The notes beneath the pieces are model-generated. The model was not told where the DNA came from and did not search any database. It saw only the letters and a program-made list of their open reading frames with translations. Positions 60,006 through 64,000 of a stretch of DNA of 64,000 bases are shown piece after piece. The stretch comes from Mobula hypostoma. Taxonomy: Eukaryota. Every line of letters starts with the position of its first letter. Position 1 is the stretch's first letter. A program made the position numbers and the translations under genes. Location: the NCBI RefSeq assembly GCF_963921235.1, contig NC_086097.1, forward strand, positions 117,926,001-117,990,000, read 5' to 3'.

Positions 60006-61590
60006 TCTTTTTAAATCTTTTTATTGAGTAAGTATACAAAAAAGGTAAGCCATATAAACATTAATACAATGTTAAAGTATAATAAAATTCCAAAAGGTAT
60101 CAATACCAAAAAAAATACTACAAACAATGTAATTTAAACATAAGAAACCAAGATAACATAATAGTATACTAAATTTTATATATATCAATGGAAAAAAAGA
60201 AAAAAAAACACGAAAAAAAAACCCCAAAAAAAAAACCCACCGTGCAACTAACTAAAAGCAAGGCAAAGCAATGGGCTAACTTGAAACCAAACAGAGTTAA
60301 ACTTAAAATCACGTCCTCAATCCCGACCTCCATTAAAAACAGTGAAAAAAAAAACAAGAAGGGTAAATATTACATTAAATGAAAATATCGAATAAAAGGT
60401 CCCCAAATCTGTTCAAATTTAAATGAAGAATCATAAAGGTTACTTCTAATTTTCTCCAAATTCAAACATAAAATCGTCTGAGAAAACCAAAAAAAGGTAG
60501 TTGGAGCATTAAGCTCTTTCCAATGTTGTAAAATACATCTTTTCGCCATTAAAGTAAGAAATGCAATCATTCTACGGGCTGAAGGGGAAAGATTACTAGA
60601 AATTTTAGGTAGTCCAAAGATAGCAGTAATAGGGTGAGGAGAGATATCTATATTTAATACCTTAGAAATAATATTAAAAATATCTCTCCAAAAAGTTTCC
60701 AAAGTAGGACAAGACCAAAACATATGAGTTAAAGAGGCTATCTGCCCCGAACATCTATCACAGAAAGGATTAATATGCGAGTAAAAATGCGCTAACTTAT
60801 CTTTGGACATATGTGCTCTATGAACCACTTTAAATTGAATTAGGGAATGTTTAGCACAAACAGAGGAAGTATTAACTAATTGTAAAATCTGCCCCCAATC
60901 ATCCACAGAAATGGTAAGCCCCAATTCCTGTTCCCAATCTACCCTAATCTTATCAAATGGAGCTTTCCTAAGTTTCATAATAATATTATAAATCATAGCC
61001 GATGCACCTTTCTGACATGGATTGAGGTTAATTATCGAATCTAAAATATATGTAGGAGGAAGCATTGGAAAGGAAGAAAGTATAGTACTTAGGAAATTTC
61101 TAACTTGTAAATATCTAAAAAATGTATTCTTGATAAGTTATATTTATTAGATAATTGTTCAAAAGACATAAGGGAACCATCTAAAAATAAATCCAAAAAC
61201 CGTAAAATACCCTTAGTCTTCCAAGTTTGAAAAGCGCGATCCGTAAAAGAGGGAGGAAAAAATATGTTACCTAAAATAGGAATCGCTAACCCGAATTGAT
61301 TAAGATCAAAAAATTTTCTGAATTGAAACCAAATGCGCAAAGCATATTTAACTATCGGGTTAGAGACCTGCTTAAGGCGTTTCGAATCAAAAGGGAGAGA
61401 GGAGCCTAAAATAGAGCCAAGTGTATAACCCTGAACAGATTGTAATTCCAATGCTACCCATTTAGGAATAGATAGTATGTCCTGGTCAAGTAACCAAAAT
61501 TTCATATGTCGAATATTAATAGCCCAATAATAGAATCTAAAGTTAGTTAATGCTAAACCTCCATCTCTCTTAGCTTTCTGTAAATGTATT
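60006..61590 (-). mobile_element. 5'-truncated L1 LINE (ORF2 C-terminus, 3' UTR, A-rich tail)
   Basis: LQKAKRDGGLAL.NFRFYYWA; QFKVVHR..CDRC..LTHMFWSC zinc-binding region; AATAAA and A-rich tail at 60006-60025 on the minus strand; one frameshift. Confidence 0.95.
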
Positions 61591-61593
61591 GAA

Positions 61594-62441
61594 GGGCTGA
61601 AGGGCGGAAGGATGAGGCGTCCTCTACCCAGCATCTTGTTGACAAATGTACAGTTGCTGGAAAATAAGATTAACGATCTCAGGGCAAGGCTGCAGTATCA
61701 GAGGCTGATGAGGCAGATCTCAATTGTTTTTGCACTGAAACTTGGTTAACTGTGAATATTCCTGATGTAGCTATACAACCGATTTTAAGAATGGATCAAG
61801 CAGTGAACTCTGGTAAGGAAAAAGGTGGCAGCGTGTGCTTTTCAGTCAATTCTTGTTGGTGCACAGGAATGTTGGAGTTATGTTGACTCCTTGTTCCCCT
61901 TCTTGAACAACTAACAATTAAATGTAGACCATTCTATTTGCCTCGGGAGTTCTCATCCGTGATCCCAACCACAGCTTATATACCACCTGCACTCATGAAA
62001 CTGCACAATGTTGTCTGCAGACAAGAAACAATTCATCCTGATGCATTTCAAACTATAGTCAGTGACTTTAACCAGGCCCATTTGAAGAAAACCCTGCCCT
62101 ATTATCACCAGCACATAACCTGTTGCACCAAAGATCTCAACACACAAGACCACTATCACAGTACGAAGAAGAGTTCCTATCATTCTTTTCTGTATTTTGG
62201 CAAGTCGGATCAATTGGCTGCACGCCTACTACTTGCTTACAGACAGCACCTAAAGAGCAAGGCTCCAGAGATCAGGACAATTAAGAGATGGTTGCAGGAG
62301 GCAGAGGAATGGTTACAGGATTGCCTTGGGTCAGTGGACTGGGCCGTGTTCAAGGACCCAAGTGAGGACCAGAATGATTCTATTTCTTCTCTAATCCTCT
62401 TACTGGAATCCAAGGATTCATAGAGCACCTGCTTATTTCTT
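61594..62441 (+). repeat. 848-bp direct repeat, copy 2
   Basis: Matches 59158-60005. Confidence 0.95.
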
Positions 62442-62991
62442 GACTGTCAAACTGGCAATGTCTTCCTTCTATTAGATGCCTACTTTTTATTTTATTTCAA
62501 AGTTCTTTGTGTTCCCTTTTGCCTTCCTTTTATTTAAGATCTAAGTACTTGTTATTTGTCTTTTCTTTAGTTTCTGTTTTCCTCACTTACCTGATTCTGG
62601 CTTTGACAGGACTATATCCCTCTTCAGTTCTATTGATTACAAATTGTAGATTCTCCATTGTTTTCTCTCTTCATTGGTTTGGTCAGCTCTTTTCTGAAGT
62701 TGGCCATTATTCATTCTTTTCTACTTCCTCACACTTTGCATTTTACCCATTTTATTTTCTTAGTCTGGTACCTCCATCCATCAATTTCAGTTCCAACTAT
62801 TAACTTTGACTGAGGTGCTTTCCTCACATCTCCTTGTTTTGCTTTATTACCCATAAAGTGATAAATTAACAGTTTTAATTATTCTCATTGTTATTCATTT
62901 CTTTTTGTTTTCAATATGAGTGATGTACAGTAGATGGGCTAAATGCAAACAAGTGTTTTTTAATAAGATTGGGTGAGACAAGAACTAGAGA

Positions 62992-63925
62992 TCATAAGAA
63001 CATAAGAAGTAGGAGCAGGAGTTGGCCATCGGGTCCGTTGAGCCTGCTCTGCCATTGAATAAGATCATGCCTGATCTGACCATGGATTCACCTCCACCTA
63101 CCTGCCTTTTCCACATAACCCTTAATTCCCCTACTATGCAAAAATCTATCCAATATTGTCTTAAATATATTTACTGAGGTAGCCTCCACTGCTTCAATGG
63201 GCAGAGAGCTCTACAGATTCACCACTCTCTGGGAAAAACAGTTCCTCCTCATCTCCATCCTAACTCTACTCTCCCGAATCTTGAGGCTATGTCCCCTAGT
63301 TCTAGTCTCACCTACCAGTAGAAACAACTTTCCCGCCTCTATCTTTCTATGCCTTTCATAATTTTATATTTTCTACAGTATTTCCACTCCTTCTTCTGAA
63401 TTCCAGTGAGTGCAGTCGCAGGCGACTCAATCTGTCCTCATTGTCTAACCCCCTCATCTCTGGAATCAACTTGGTGGACCTCCTCTGCACTGCCTCCATA
63501 GCCAGTATATCCTTCCTCAAGTAAGGAGACCAGAACTGCACACAGTACTCCAGATGCAGCCTCACCAGTACCCTGTACAGTTGCAGAATTACATTCCTGT
63601 TCTTAAATTCAATCCCTCTAGCAATGAAGGCCAACATTCTAGTTGCCCTCTTGACAGCCTGCTGCACCTGCGAACCTACCTTTTGTGATTCATGCACAAG
63701 CACTCCCAAGTCTCTCTGAACAGCAGCATGCTGCAATTTTTCACCATTTAAATAATCTGCTCTTTCATTTTTTCTTCCAAAGTGGATGACCTCACATTTA
63801 CCAACATTGTACTTCATCTGCCAGACCCTTGCCCACTCACTTATCCTATCTATATCTCCCTGCAGACTCTTTATATCTTCTACACAATTTGCTTTTCCAC
63901 TCAATTGAACATCATCAGCAAACTA
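62992..63925 (-). mobile_element. CR1 LINE 3' fragment (different subfamily)
   Basis: FADD..LQGDIDR..WQMKYNVGKCEVIHFG..LEYCVQFWSP; (CATAAGAA)n tail. Confidence 0.95.
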
Positions 63926-64000
63926 GGTCACCAATTAAAGGTGAAAGGTGAAATGTTTAATGGGAATAGGAGAGATATGTTCCTCACACAGAATGAGTTA

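Overview
Eukaryotic, AT-rich, non-genic-looking DNA made almost entirely of nested transposable elements. The repeat repertoire (CR1 with (CATAGAAA)n tails, Penelope/Neptune-like elements, Rex/Babar-like LINEs, Tc1 and hAT MITEs, tRNA-SINEs, Gypsy LTR elements, fish-type L1) suggests a cartilaginous fish, probably a ray; this is inference. I found no host protein-coding exon, rRNA, tRNA gene or CRISPR array. Main structures: (1) a complete, TSD-flanked Gmr1-like Gypsy element (18679-25608) with SCAN-like Gag and an in-frame-deleted PR-IN-RT-RH pol, interrupted by a young CR1; (2) an old Gypsy element (32679-41562) with three nested insertions; (3) an internally deleted Mag-like Gypsy (46670-49559); (4) an hAT MITE with an 8-bp TSD inside another Gypsy relic; (5) an L1 3' fragment flanked by an apparently perfect 848-bp direct duplication. 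The best candidate for a system is the Penelope-like family. Its terminus carries a minimal hammerhead ribozyme motif, and it has produced a ~220-bp fold-back mini-element with its own TSD (43027-43247) plus older decayed hairpin copies. Coordinates and alignments were read by eye and may be off by a few bases.
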